Below, piece by piece: positions 28,901-38,541 of a stretch of 64,000 nucleotides of DNA. The stretch is taken from assembly GCF_036250065.1 (NCBI RefSeq), contig NZ_CP109199.1:7812083-7876082 (forward strand), read 5' to 3'. Positions within the stretch are counted from its first letter, which is position 1; each line of letters starts with the position of its first letter. Below the pieces are notes generated by a model. It was not told where the DNA came from, did not search any database, and worked only from the letters and a program-made list of their open reading frames with translations. Position numbers and translations under genes: made by a program. The stretch comes from Micromonospora sp. NBC_01699. Lineage in GTDB: Bacteria > Actinomycetota > Actinomycetes > Mycobacteriales > Micromonosporaceae.

Positions 28901-30994
28901 GACCGCGCCGAGCACCTCGCCGATGCTGGCCAGGATCCCGGTCCGTACGGTCGCGTCGCCGATCTCCAGCGAGCCGACCACCTCGGTCACCACCTGTAGG
29001 CCCTCGGCCTGCTCGGCGAGCCGGTCGCGCGGCGGGGCGGCCTCGGCCACCGTGCCGATCTCGGCGGCGCCGGTACGCAGCCGCTCCACCTCGGCCTGGT
29101 AGTCGCCGAACGCGTCGTCGCGGCGCAGGAAGGCGACCACCCGCTGCCCGGTGGAGGTCAGCTCGGCGGCGAGGTCGACACCGAGCGCGTCGATCCGGGC
29201 CAGGTCGACATACCGCAGGTCGCGCAGGGTCACGAGTTGACCCTGCGCCTGGCGGAGGCCGGCGAGCTGGCGTACCCACTCGTCGGCGGTGCGCGGGGCT
29301 TCGCCGCGTACCTGGCGGACCAGGGTCGCGGTGCGGGCGGCGGCCTCGTCCAGGGTGGCGGCGGCGTGCGCGGTGAGCGACTGGACCTTCTCGAACTCGT
29401 CCAGCACCTGTTTGCCGCTGGCGCGTACCTCGCTCAGTGGGGCACGCAGGTCACCGAGGTCGGCCTCACCGAGCCAGTGGTAGTGGTCGAAGATCCGGGC
29501 ACAGGCCGTGATCAGCGCCTCGAACACCCCGAGGGTCGGTGTCATCTCGTTGACCATCCGGGCCACCGACAGACAGTCCGAGATTCCGCGTACGAGGTCC
29601 GCGTTGCCGACCCGCTCCAGCGGACCGGTGCCGACCGGCTGTCCGGCGGCGTAACTGTCGGACAGGTACGGCGTCTGCCACACCTGCATCGGGTGCACCC
29701 GGGTCGGCTCGTCCGAGGTGGCCCGGAAGACCACCAGCGTCCCGTCGTCGAACAGCGAGTAGCCGTGACACGGAACCGGGGTCGCGACCTCCTTGCGGAT
29801 CACGTTGTACGGCAGCAGCAGCGTTCGCCCGGCACCTCGGGCGTGGAAGACGTAGAGCACGTCCTCGCCGTTGGTCGACCGGATGGTCCGCTCGAACTCC
29901 AGCCCCTCGGTGTCGGTGTCGAAGGTCCGGCTGACCCCGGTGGCCAGGTAGTAGCCGCCGGGGAAGATGATGCCGTGGTCCTCGGGCAGCCGCTGGCAGG
30001 CCTGCCCGATGCCGTCGAGCCGGACCACCTCCTTGGTCCTGGTGTTGAAGACCAGGTGCCGCCACCGCGTCTCCTTGTACGGCCGCATCCGCAGCAGGAT
30101 CAGCGGGCCGATCCGGGCGTGCTGGACGTCGGCGTCGGCGAGGCTCTGCAACGGCTCGTCGACCGGCTCGGAGTAGATGCCCTCGCCGGTCTCGGTGTTG
30201 TTCTCCAGCTTGACCGTGAGCGTGCCGCCGACCGTCTCGACAAAGACCTCGTCCTCGATCGAGATGTGCGGGTGCCGGCCGAGGATGTGGTCGTCGCGGG
30301 TGGTCGGAATCCACTCGAAGTCGTGCGACGGCGGGAAAACATGGTCGCGCTCGCCCCGGTTGTCCAGGTACGTGACCCTGCCGTCGACGTCGACCTGCCA
30401 CCGCAACACCCGGATGTCCTCGGTACGCGGCCCGGTCTGGAAGACCGCCAGCAACCGCCCGTCCAGCCGTCGCAACTGCACCAACCGGGTCTCCCGGTAG
30501 TAGCGGTACAGCTCGCCGAAGTCGCGTTCGAACTGCGGGTCGCGCAGCAGCCCGGCGAGCTGCGCCGGATCGACGTCGTCGAACCGGAACGCGTCCTCGT
30601 CGTCGCCGGAGGGGTCGTCGGTGGCGGCCCGGCCACGGGCGAAGTGGTGCAGCGAGAAGACGTCGTCCACGGTCGTCTCGGGCTTGAGCCCGATGAAGAC
30701 GTTGTAGCCGAACAGCATCAGGCCGCCGACCGAGACGATGTCCCGGGGTACGCAGTTGTTCCGGGTCCGGATCCGCTCGGTGCCGATCAGCCGCAGCTCG
30801 GTGCCGCCGAAGACCTCCAACCGGCGGCTGTTCAGCCACTCGGCCCGCCGAGCCAGCTCCCCGGCCCGCTCGGCGAGCCGGGCCCGCAACACCTCGTACG
30901 TGCCGGCGTCGACTCCGCCGCCGGTGGCCGCCCCGGCTCCGGCATCCGGCTCAACCGTGCTGGTCACCGTGCCGGCGGTCGACGGGTCACTCAC
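25940..30994 (-). CDS. Giant (1684 aa) multidomain protein with a C-terminal AAA+ ATPase of the MoxR/McrB/dynein-like (AAA_5) type. It is the last gene of the NfeD-flotillin operon.
   Basis: Walker A is LLLISPPGYGKTTLMEYV. Walker B is VMLYLDDIQ. Sensor is FAVCMAGNPYTESG and the arginine region is PDMLANRADVWNLGD. The N-terminal roughly 1250 aa are uncharacterised (a beta-rich region then long helical segments). The GTG start at 30992-30994 overlaps the flotillin stop at 30987-30989. Confidence 0.7.
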   Translation of the reverse strand: MSDPSTAGTVTSTVEPDAGAGAATGGGVDAGTYEVLRARLAERAGELARRAEWLNSRRLEVFGGTELRLIGTERIRTRNNCVPRDIVSVGGLMLFGYNVFIGLKPETTVDDVFSLHHFARGRAATDDPSGDDEDAFRFDDVDPAQLAGLLRDPQFERDFGELYRYYRETRLVQLRRLDGRLLAVFQTGPRTEDIRVLRWQVDVDGRVTYLDNRGERDHVFPPSHDFEWIPTTRDDHILGRHPHISIEDEVFVETVGGTLTVKLENNTETGEGIYSEPVDEPLQSLADADVQHARIGPLILLRMRPYKETRWRHLVFNTRTKEVVRLDGIGQACQRLPEDHGIIFPGGYYLATGVSRTFDTDTEGLEFERTIRSTNGEDVLYVFHARGAGRTLLLPYNVIRKEVATPVPCHGYSLFDDGTLVVFRATSDEPTRVHPMQVWQTPYLSDSYAAGQPVGTGPLERVGNADLVRGISDCLSVARMVNEMTPTLGVFEALITACARIFDHYHWLGEADLGDLRAPLSEVRASGKQVLDEFEKVQSLTAHAAATLDEAAARTATLVRQVRGEAPRTADEWVRQLAGLRQAQGQLVTLRDLRYVDLARIDALGVDLAAELTSTGQRVVAFLRRDDAFGDYQAEVERLRTGAAEIGTVAEAAPPRDRLAEQAEGLQVVTEVVGSLEIGDATVRTGILASIGEVLGAVNRARATLDGRRAQLLTAEGRAGFAAEFALLGQAVTGALAVADTAERCDEQLGRLLLQVENLESRFGEFDDFLAELSTRRADIYEAFSARKQALLDERARRSDRLVGSAERILVSVHRRLSGLRSIDEINTYFASDPMVAKLRGVADELRTLGDPVRAEELAGRIKAARQEAGRALRDQQDLYLDGGATIRLGRHSFSVNTQEVDVTLVPQDGRLAVAVTGTDYRSPIRDESFQQTSAFWDQLLVSESPEVSRAEHLATSILTDAGAGVGGLTLEALHKAAVSRPALLDLVRRVAEGRYDEGYERGIHDHDAAAILEPLLRLYDGAGLLRFRPGARAAAQLFWTFGVDEPTRTAWSTRAGSLARARTAFGATDAIGELRTELADAAERFLRTAGLPEHASAAPLAAEYLFEELSRAPFGFVTGAGARALLDRFRRTLGGPASKSVQEYEEDLRALGDDLAARHQLVEAWLESFLRTADLSEPVGGGPALDAYDLPEAVAIELCGSGLPRHESAATLTAEVTGLLATHPRITDARLSVRMDELLSRTGEFRTVRVPAYRAYQKRRNELVASERKRLRLAEHQPKVLGSFVRNRLLDEVYLPLIGDNLARQIGATGDGKRVDQMGLLLLISPPGYGKTTLMEYVASRLGLVFVKVNGPALGSAVTSVDPAEAPNATARQEVEKISFALELGNNVMLYLDDIQHTSPELLQKFISLCDGQRRMEGVWDGRTRSYDLRGKRFAVCMAGNPYTESGRRFRVPDMLANRADVWNLGDVLSGREEVFALSYLENAITSNPVLAPLAGRDRGDLQLLVRLARGDETVRADQLTHPYAAVELDQILSVLRKLVRVQEVVLANNRAYIASAAQADASRTEPPFLLQGSYRNMNKLTERIVPVMNDEELERVIDDHYLGEAQTLAAGAEANLLKLADLRGRLTPGQSRRWTEVKTGYLRERALGGTSDDPITRAVGALGLLADRIAAIESAITRATHP

Positions 30995-33014
30995 CCGTAC
31001 CCCGTTGCCTCGGGCTGCCGCTCAGTGCGGCGATCGGCTGATCGGCCAGGCCGAGCTGCTGGGCCGCCCGCAGCAGGTCCTGCAACTTGTCCGAGTTGGA
31101 CCCGCCGGCCTTGATCTGCTGCAACAACCACGCCGACACGGTCAGGTTCTGTACGTCACCGGTGTTCAGCGAGCCGAGTATCCGGGTCAGGTCGGCGGGG
31201 AAGCTCGCCTCGCCGTCCAGCCACGGCTTGGCCAGGCTCTGCGCGACCTCGGAGTGCTGCACGAAGCCGTCGACGCTCTTGCCGAGGGTGATCGAGTTGA
31301 CCAGCCGGTCGAAGAACATGGTGTCCCCGCCGACGATGTCGATGTTCGCCTTCTCCAGCCCGGCGGCGAGCACCATCGCCTGCGACTCGGCCACCCGGTG
31401 CTGCGCGTTGATCTCGGCCAGCCGGAGGTCCTTCTCCGCCTCCAACCGCAGCCGGAACTCCTCGTGCCCCCGGCTGGCGTCGGTCAGCGCGGCCATCGCG
31501 GCGGCCTTCTCGGTCAGACCCTCCGCCTCGCCCTTGAGCTTGTCACGCAGGGCGTCGGCCAGGACCAGCGCCTTCTCGCGTTCGACCATCGCCTCGGCCC
31601 GGCCCTCCTTCTCGATGGCCTCGGCGCCGCGCTCGCGTACCTGGACCTGGGCCAGACCGGTCGCGGCGGCCTCGGCCTGCGCGCCCTCGGCCAGCCGGAT
31701 CTTGGCGCGGGTCTCCAGTTCGGCGGCCTGCTGCCGGGCCTCGGCCAGGACCAGGTTCTCCCGCGCCTTGTGCTTGGCCGCCTGCTCCGACGCCTCGGCC
31801 GCCTTGATGTCCTTGACCAGGGCCTCCTGCGCCTCCGCCTCGGCCTGGATGATCACCGCCTGCCGGGTCCGCTCGGCCTCCTCGACCACCCGCAGGCGCT
31901 TGATGTTCTCCTCCTGCTCGGCGACGGTCTTGTCGACCGCTATCCGCTCCCGGATCACCTCGGCGATCGCCCGCTTCTCGACCTCGACCTCTTTGTCCTT
32001 GGAGATGGTGGACAGCTCGGTCTCCCGCTGCCGGCCGATCACCTCCAGCATCCGGTCCTTCTCGATCCGCTCCGACTCGATAGCGATGACCCGTTCCCGG
32101 TTCTTCTCCGCGACCGCGATCTCCCGAGCCTTGTTCTCCTTCTGGATGCCCAACTGCTCGTCCGTACGGATGTGCGCGGCTTCCGAGCGGAGCCGCTCCT
32201 CCGCCCGTACCTTGGAGATCTCCGCGTCCTCGCGGGCCCGCAGCGTCTCGATCTCGCGATTCTGCTTGAGCTCGGCGTCGGCCTGGCGTCGTTCCAGCTC
32301 CAGGATGGCCTCCCGGGCGTCGACGTTCTGCCGGGTGATCTCCTTCTGCTCGTTGCGCTGGAACTCGTTGGTACGGATGTGCTCGATCGCGGTCAGCTCG
32401 GTGATCTTCCGGATGCCCTGGGCGTCGAGGATGTTCGCCGCGTCCAGTTTGGACAGTGGGGTCTGCTCAAGGAAGTCGATCGCCGCGTCCTCCAGGCTGT
32501 AGCCGTTGAGGTCGGTGCCGATCACCCGGATGATCTGATCCCGGAACTCGTTCCGCTTGGTGTAGAGGTCGACGAAGTCGAGCTGCTTGCCGACCGTCTT
32601 CAGCGCCTCGGAGAACTTCGCGTTGAACAGTTCCTGCAACGTCTCCCGGTCACTGGCCCGCGCGGTGCCGATCGCCTGCGCCACCTTGATCACGTCTTCG
32701 GTGGTCTTGTTCACCCGGACGAAGAAGGTGATCCTGATGTCTGCCCGGATGTTGTCCCGGCAGATCAGGCCCTCCTGGCCGGTCCGCTCGATGTCGATCG
32801 TCTTCACCGAGATGTCCATGATCTCGGACTTGTGCAGCACCGGCAGCACGACCGCACCGGTGAACGTCACGTCCACCCGGCGGACCTTGGAGATGATCAG
32901 CGCCTTGCCCTGTTCGACCTTCCGGAACAGGCGGCTGACCAGGAAAACCACGCCGATCGCGACGAGCAGGACGACGGCCAGGAGCACGCCGAACCCGGTG
33001 GTGATCACATCCAT
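30987..33014 (-). CDS. Flotillin-like SPFH/band-7 protein (YqiK/FloT-like) with a long Glu/Ala-rich coiled coil
   Basis: N-terminal TM helix (FGVLLAVVLLVAIGVVFLV). The SPFH domain is QGKALIISKVRRVDVTF...VLHKSEIMDISVKTIDIERTG...ITFFVRVN. An EA-rich heptad region follows. RBS GAAGGA precedes ATG 33014. Confidence 0.85.
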   Translation of the reverse strand: MDVITTGFGVLLAVVLLVAIGVVFLVSRLFRKVEQGKALIISKVRRVDVTFTGAVVLPVLHKSEIMDISVKTIDIERTGQEGLICRDNIRADIRITFFVRVNKTTEDVIKVAQAIGTARASDRETLQELFNAKFSEALKTVGKQLDFVDLYTKRNEFRDQIIRVIGTDLNGYSLEDAAIDFLEQTPLSKLDAANILDAQGIRKITELTAIEHIRTNEFQRNEQKEITRQNVDAREAILELERRQADAELKQNREIETLRAREDAEISKVRAEERLRSEAAHIRTDEQLGIQKENKAREIAVAEKNRERVIAIESERIEKDRMLEVIGRQRETELSTISKDKEVEVEKRAIAEVIRERIAVDKTVAEQEENIKRLRVVEEAERTRQAVIIQAEAEAQEALVKDIKAAEASEQAAKHKARENLVLAEARQQAAELETRAKIRLAEGAQAEAAATGLAQVQVRERGAEAIEKEGRAEAMVEREKALVLADALRDKLKGEAEGLTEKAAAMAALTDASRGHEEFRLRLEAEKDLRLAEINAQHRVAESQAMVLAAGLEKANIDIVGGDTMFFDRLVNSITLGKSVDGFVQHSEVAQSLAKPWLDGEASFPADLTRILGSLNTGDVQNLTVSAWLLQQIKAGGSNSDKLQDLLRAAQQLGLADQPIAALSGSPRQRGTGE

Positions 33015-33028
33015 CAGTGGTCCTTCTG

Positions 33029-33661
33029 TCAGTGGGGGTGGTAGTCGGGGTCACCGGTGGCCTCCACCGGCAGCACCCAGAAGAACTCGCGGTCGGCGTC
33101 GTAGTCGTAGATGAGCGCGCGACTGCCGGAGCCGAGGTTGTCGCCGCTGGCCTGCCGGACCTGGATCACCGCCGACGAGCCGTCGGGGGAGGTCACCTCG
33201 GCCTGGCCGAAGTCGACACTGACCAGCCCGGTACGGACCACGCAGACCCGACCGACGAAGGCGTTACGGGAAACGGTCTGATCGGTCTGGAAGAACTGTC
33301 GCAGTGGCCGTACCAGCAGTCGGGTGACCAGCCAGCCGCCGGCCAGGGCGAACAGCAGCAGCACCGTGGAGAGCACCGCCGCCAGCGCACCGGACCAACC
33401 GGGCTGTTCCAGCAGCACCGTGCCGGCCAGGCTGACGAACCAGGCCACCGCGATCAGCAGGGAGAGGACAACCGTGGCCGGCGGTCCGCCGAGCCCGAGC
33501 CCGGCCAGGAATCCGGCCGCCCCGGCGGGCTCGGCAGCCGCGTCGTCGTCCAGTCCGACCACCCCGAACAGCACCAGCGCCCAGTAGCCGACCACCACCA
33601 CGAGCAGGAAACTGAATAGTGCGGTCGGGAAACCGAGCGCCACGTCCAGGAACTCACCCAT
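33029..33661 (-). CDS. NfeD/YqiJ-like membrane protein (multi-TM N-terminus plus C-terminal OB-fold), partner of flotillin
   Basis: 210 aa with four hydrophobic segments and a C-terminal beta-rich segment (RVCVVRTGLVSVDFGQAEVTSPDGSSAVIQVRQA). It lies 14 nt upstream of the flotillin gene. This is the classical yqiJ-yqiK arrangement. Confidence 0.65.
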   Translation of the reverse strand: MGEFLDVALGFPTALFSFLLVVVVGYWALVLFGVVGLDDDAAAEPAGAAGFLAGLGLGGPPATVVLSLLIAVAWFVSLAGTVLLEQPGWSGALAAVLSTVLLLFALAGGWLVTRLLVRPLRQFFQTDQTVSRNAFVGRVCVVRTGLVSVDFGQAEVTSPDGSSAVIQVRQASGDNLGSGSRALIYDYDADREFFWVLPVEATGDPDYHPH

Positions 33662-33863
33662 CGAACTTCGTCGACCTCCCCCACGCTGCCAACAGCCGCG
33701 CGGAGCCCCCTGAGACAGAGCTGGATGTCAATCCGTTCGGCGCGACAGGCTGATCATGGCACGGGGTGTCAACGCAGGATGCCCGGTCGTTACACCGAAC
33801 GGACGATCCGGGAAGACGATCGGTCAGCGGTGCCGATCGGGGTGGCCGACCGGCACCAACCTC

Positions 33864-34550
33864 TCAGACTTCCGCCTTGTCGTACACCGTGGCGGTGGCG
33901 GTGACCGTACGGGTCTCGACGTACGAGCCGTGCTTGGCGGTGATCTTGTAGGTGTGCTTCTCGATGCTGCCGGGAGTGCCGCCGCAGGAGAAGGTGAAGG
34001 TCTCCTTGCTCTGCGCGGGATAGGTGTCGTAGAGACCCGGCCCGTCCACCGCCAGCTCCACCTGATCCGCCCCGGTGACCTTCCACTCGATCACCAGCGG
34101 CGTCGCCTCCACCGGGAACTCCGAGGTGCCCTGCGGGCAGGTCGGCTTCTGCGCGATCCTGAACTGCACGATCTTCACGGGTGAGCTGGCCGCGCCGGGA
34201 GCCTTGCCGGTGGGGGTGGGCAGCGGCTTGCCCGGTTGACCGGCGGAGGTGGCCTCGGGGCTGGTGCCGGGATCCACGGCGGACGCCGTCGGGACCGCAC
34301 CGAGCCCGGCCGACGAACTGGCGGCGGGCTGACCCGCCGACGAAGCCGGAGCCCGGTCCTTCGACGAACACCCGGCCGCCCCGGCCACGACCAGCGCACC
34401 CGCCAGCAGCGGCAGCGTCAGCCGGCCGACCCTGCTCCGCGCCACCCGCCGGCCGTACCTGGTGGCGGGACCGCCACCGGCACTCTGCCCGCTCGTGCGC
34501 TGCTCGTCGGTCGGCTGCCCGACGTACCGGCTGGCCACGATCGTGTTCAT
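33864..34550 (-). CDS. Hypothetical secreted lipoprotein
   Basis: Start ATG at 34548-34550 (MNTIVASRY...). The lipobox is LLAGALVVAGAAGCSS. It has a Ser/Ala/Pro-rich linker and a C-terminal beta-rich domain. The track ORF 33864..34838 is longer. Confidence 0.5.
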   Translation of the reverse strand: MNTIVASRYVGQPTDEQRTSGQSAGGGPATRYGRRVARSRVGRLTLPLLAGALVVAGAAGCSSKDRAPASSAGQPAASSSAGLGAVPTASAVDPGTSPEATSAGQPGKPLPTPTGKAPGAASSPVKIVQFRIAQKPTCPQGTSEFPVEATPLVIEWKVTGADQVELAVDGPGLYDTYPAQSKETFTFSCGGTPGSIEKHTYKITAKHGSYVETRTVTATATVYDKAEV

Positions 34551-34659
34551 GGTCGCTCCCTGCGGAACTCGCCCCGGCCGATGATCGACCGGGTGTCGGA
34601 TCCCAAGGTAAGGACCGGACCGGCTTCGGCGAATCCCGCTTTCGTGCCGTTGCCGCCAA

Positions 34660-35914
34660 CTAGCGACGAGGCGGGGTGACCCGACCCTCGATCGCCGCCA
34701 GCGCGATGTCCCGTCGATAGTGCGAGTCGGCCAACCCGATCCCCTCGACCAGGGCGTACGCCGCGTCCCGCGCGACCTCCAGGTCCGGGCCGATCGCCGT
34801 ACCGCAGAGGACCCGGCCCCCGGCGGACACCAGGGCACCGTCTTCCTCGCGGCGCGCGGTGCCGGCGTGGATGATGCCCGACCGCTCGGCGCCCGTGATC
34901 ACGTCGCCGGTGCGGGCCGACTCGGGATATCCGGCCGAGGCCACCACCACCGCGACCCCGGCACCGCCGCGCCAGGTCAGCGGCGGGTGCGCGGCGAGCG
35001 TCCCGGTCGCGGCCGCGTGCAGCAGGCCGGCCAGCGGCGTCTCCAACAGCGCGAGTACGACCTGCGTCTCCGGATCCCCGAAGCGCGCGTTGAACTCGAT
35101 CACCTTGGGCCCGCTGGCGGTGATGGCCAGGCCGACGTAGAGCAGCCCGGAGAACGGGGTGCCGCGTCGGCGCATCTCCGCCAGGGTCGGCTCGACCACC
35201 CGGGCCATCACGTCCTCGACCAGGTCCGGTGCCGCCCACGGCAGTGGCGCGTACGCCCCCATGCCGCCGGTGTTCGGACCGGTGTCGCCGTCGCCGACCC
35301 GCTTGAAGTCCTGGGCCGGCAGCAGCGGCAGCGCCGCCTCCCCATCGGTCACCACGAACAGCGAGACCTCGGGTCCGGCCAGATATTCCTCGACCACCAC
35401 GCGGTTGCACTGGGCGGCGTGTTCGAGCGCGTGGGTCCGGTCCTCGGTCACCACCACGCCCTTGCCGGCGGCCAGCCCGTCGTCCTTCACCACGTACGGC
35501 GGGCCGAACTCGTCCAGCGCGCGAGCCACCTCGTCCGCATCAGTGCAGGTGTACGCGCGAGCGGTGGGCACCCCGGCAGCCGTCATGATCTCCTTGGCGA
35601 ACGCCTTGGAGCCCTCCAACTGGGCAGCCGCCCCGGACGGCCCGAAGACCGCGATCCCCTTGGCCCGAACCGCGTCGGCGACCCCGGCGACGAGTGGCGC
35701 CTCCGGCCCGATCACCACCAGGTCGGCCCCGGTCTCCACGGCCAGCCCCGCGACCGCCCCCGGATCAACCGCGTCAATCGCCCGGCATTCCGCCACAGCC
35801 GCGATCCCCGGATTCCCCGGCGCCGCAACCACCGCCTCAACCGCCGAGTCACCCGTCAACCCGAGCACGAGCGCATGCTCCCGCCCACCACCACCCACCA
35901 CAAGTACGCGCACG
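34660..35914 (-). CDS. purD: Phosphoribosylamine--glycine ligase (PurD)
   Basis: VRVLVVGGGGREHALV... ATP-grasp ...KVIEFNARFGDPETQ. GTG start at 35912-35914. The upstream part of track ORF 34660..36609 is spurious. Confidence 0.9.
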
Positions 35915-35949
35915 ACCCCAGATCCTACCCACCCACCCACCCCCCGCTC

Positions 35950-36010
35950 GTTGATCATGAAGTTAGCAACGCCTCCAGGCGCATTTTCCGTTGCCAACTT
36001 CATGATCAAC
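35950..36010. repeat. Palindromic intergenic repeat element, copy 4, between the divergent purD and AbiEi/DUF559 genes. It is flanked by a C-tract (35885-35945) and a roughly 90-bp G-tract (36011-36100).
   Basis: The termini are GTTGATCATGAAGTTAGCAACG / CGTTGCCAACTTCATGATCAAC. Confidence 0.85.
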
Positions 36011-36095
36011 GGGGCTGGGGTGGGGGTTATCCACAGGGGGGGTGGGGGTTGTGCACAGGGGGTGGTGGGAGGGGGTGGAAGGGGGGTGGGTCGGG

Positions 36096-37024
36096 GGATG
36101 GATGGGATGACGTTGGTTCGGCGGGTGGCGGCGGGGCAGGACGGGGTGGTGACTCGGGAGCAGGCGTTGGCCGCGGGGTTGACGGTGCGGGAGATCGATC
36201 GACTGTGTCGCAGCCGCGAGTGGCGGAGGCTGGCTCGGGCGGCGTACCTGGTGGATCTGACGCCGAGTCCGGTGGCGGCGCGGCGAGCCCGGATCCGGGC
36301 GGCAGTCGCCTCGTTCGGGGAGCTGGCGACGGCGGTGCTCGGGACCTCGGCCGAGTTGCACGGGTTGGCGGGACTGCGGCCGGATGCGCGGATCCACGTC
36401 TCCGTACCCGGCCCGGCCGCCCGACCGCTGCGATCGAAAGATCCGGCCGTGGTGGTGCACCAGCTCGTGATCCCGGCCGGGCAGATCGGCACGGTCGCCG
36501 GGATCCGAACCACCACCGCGACCCGTACGGCCGCCGACCTGGCACTCCGGGTGGACCGCTTCGCGGCCGTGTCGCTGCTGGACTCGGCTCTGCACCAGGG
36601 CTCGATCACCGAGCCGGACCTGCTGGTCGTACGCGCGCTGCTCGCCCGGCGCCGAGGTGCGGTGGCCGCCCGGCGTCACCTGGCCGAGGCGGACGGGCGG
36701 GCCGAGTCCCCACTGGAGACCCGGGTACGCCTGCGTTGCGTGGACGGTGGCGTACCACCGGACGCACTACAGCACCCGGTACGCGACGACGACGGCCACC
36801 TGCTGGCCGTGGGCGATCTCGCCTGGCTCCGCGAACGGATCATCGGCGAAGCCGACGGCGCGCTCGTACACGCCACCCCGGAAGCCCTCTACCGCGACCG
36901 CCGCCGCCAGAACCTGATCGCCAACGCCGGCTGGCGCGTACTCCGCTTCACCTGGGCCGACACCCTGAACCCCACCTACATCCCCACCACCATCCGCGCC
37001 GCCCAGACCCACCCGGCCCGTTGA
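36096..37024 (+). CDS. Protein with an AbiEi-type N-terminal domain and a DUF559 (Vsr-endonuclease-like) C-terminal domain
   Basis: MDGMTLVRRVAAGQDGVVTREQALAAGLTVREIDRLCRS... C-terminal ...NLIANAGWRVLRFTWADT. It lies exactly between repeat copies 4 and 5. Its TGA stop is inside copy 5. Confidence 0.65.
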
Positions 37025-37080
37025 CCATGAAGTTAGCGACGGTTCGGAGCACGTTTCCGGTCGCTAACTTCATGATCAAC
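37020..37080. repeat. Palindromic intergenic repeat element, copy 5 (GTTGACCATGAAGTTAGCGACGG...CCGGTCGCTAACTTCATGATCAAC). It is followed by three 21-bp tandem repeats GGCGGTCAGAGGAGGGRGTGG at 37087-37150.
   Basis: Direct reading. It overlaps the DUF559 gene stop codon. The downstream tandem repeats run into the purA 3' end. Confidence 0.85.
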
Positions 37081-37129
37081 GAACGAGGGCGGTCAGAGGA
37101 GGGGGTGGCGGTCAGAGGAGGGAGGGCGG

Positions 37130-38476
<1,347 letters not shown>

Positions 38477-38541
38477 TCAGATTAACAAGAAGTGACAGCC
38501 CTGCCAGTAGTGGCCGGGAGACAGGCAGGAGGCCACCGCCC

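Noticed and set aside
36096-37024. IS element or transposase interpretation of the repeat-flanked gene
   Set aside because: The encoded protein is AbiEi/DUF559-like, not a transposase, and there is no DDE or HUH motif. The flanking inverted repeats are separate small palindromes, not long terminal IRs of one element. The gene is reported as a possible cassette.
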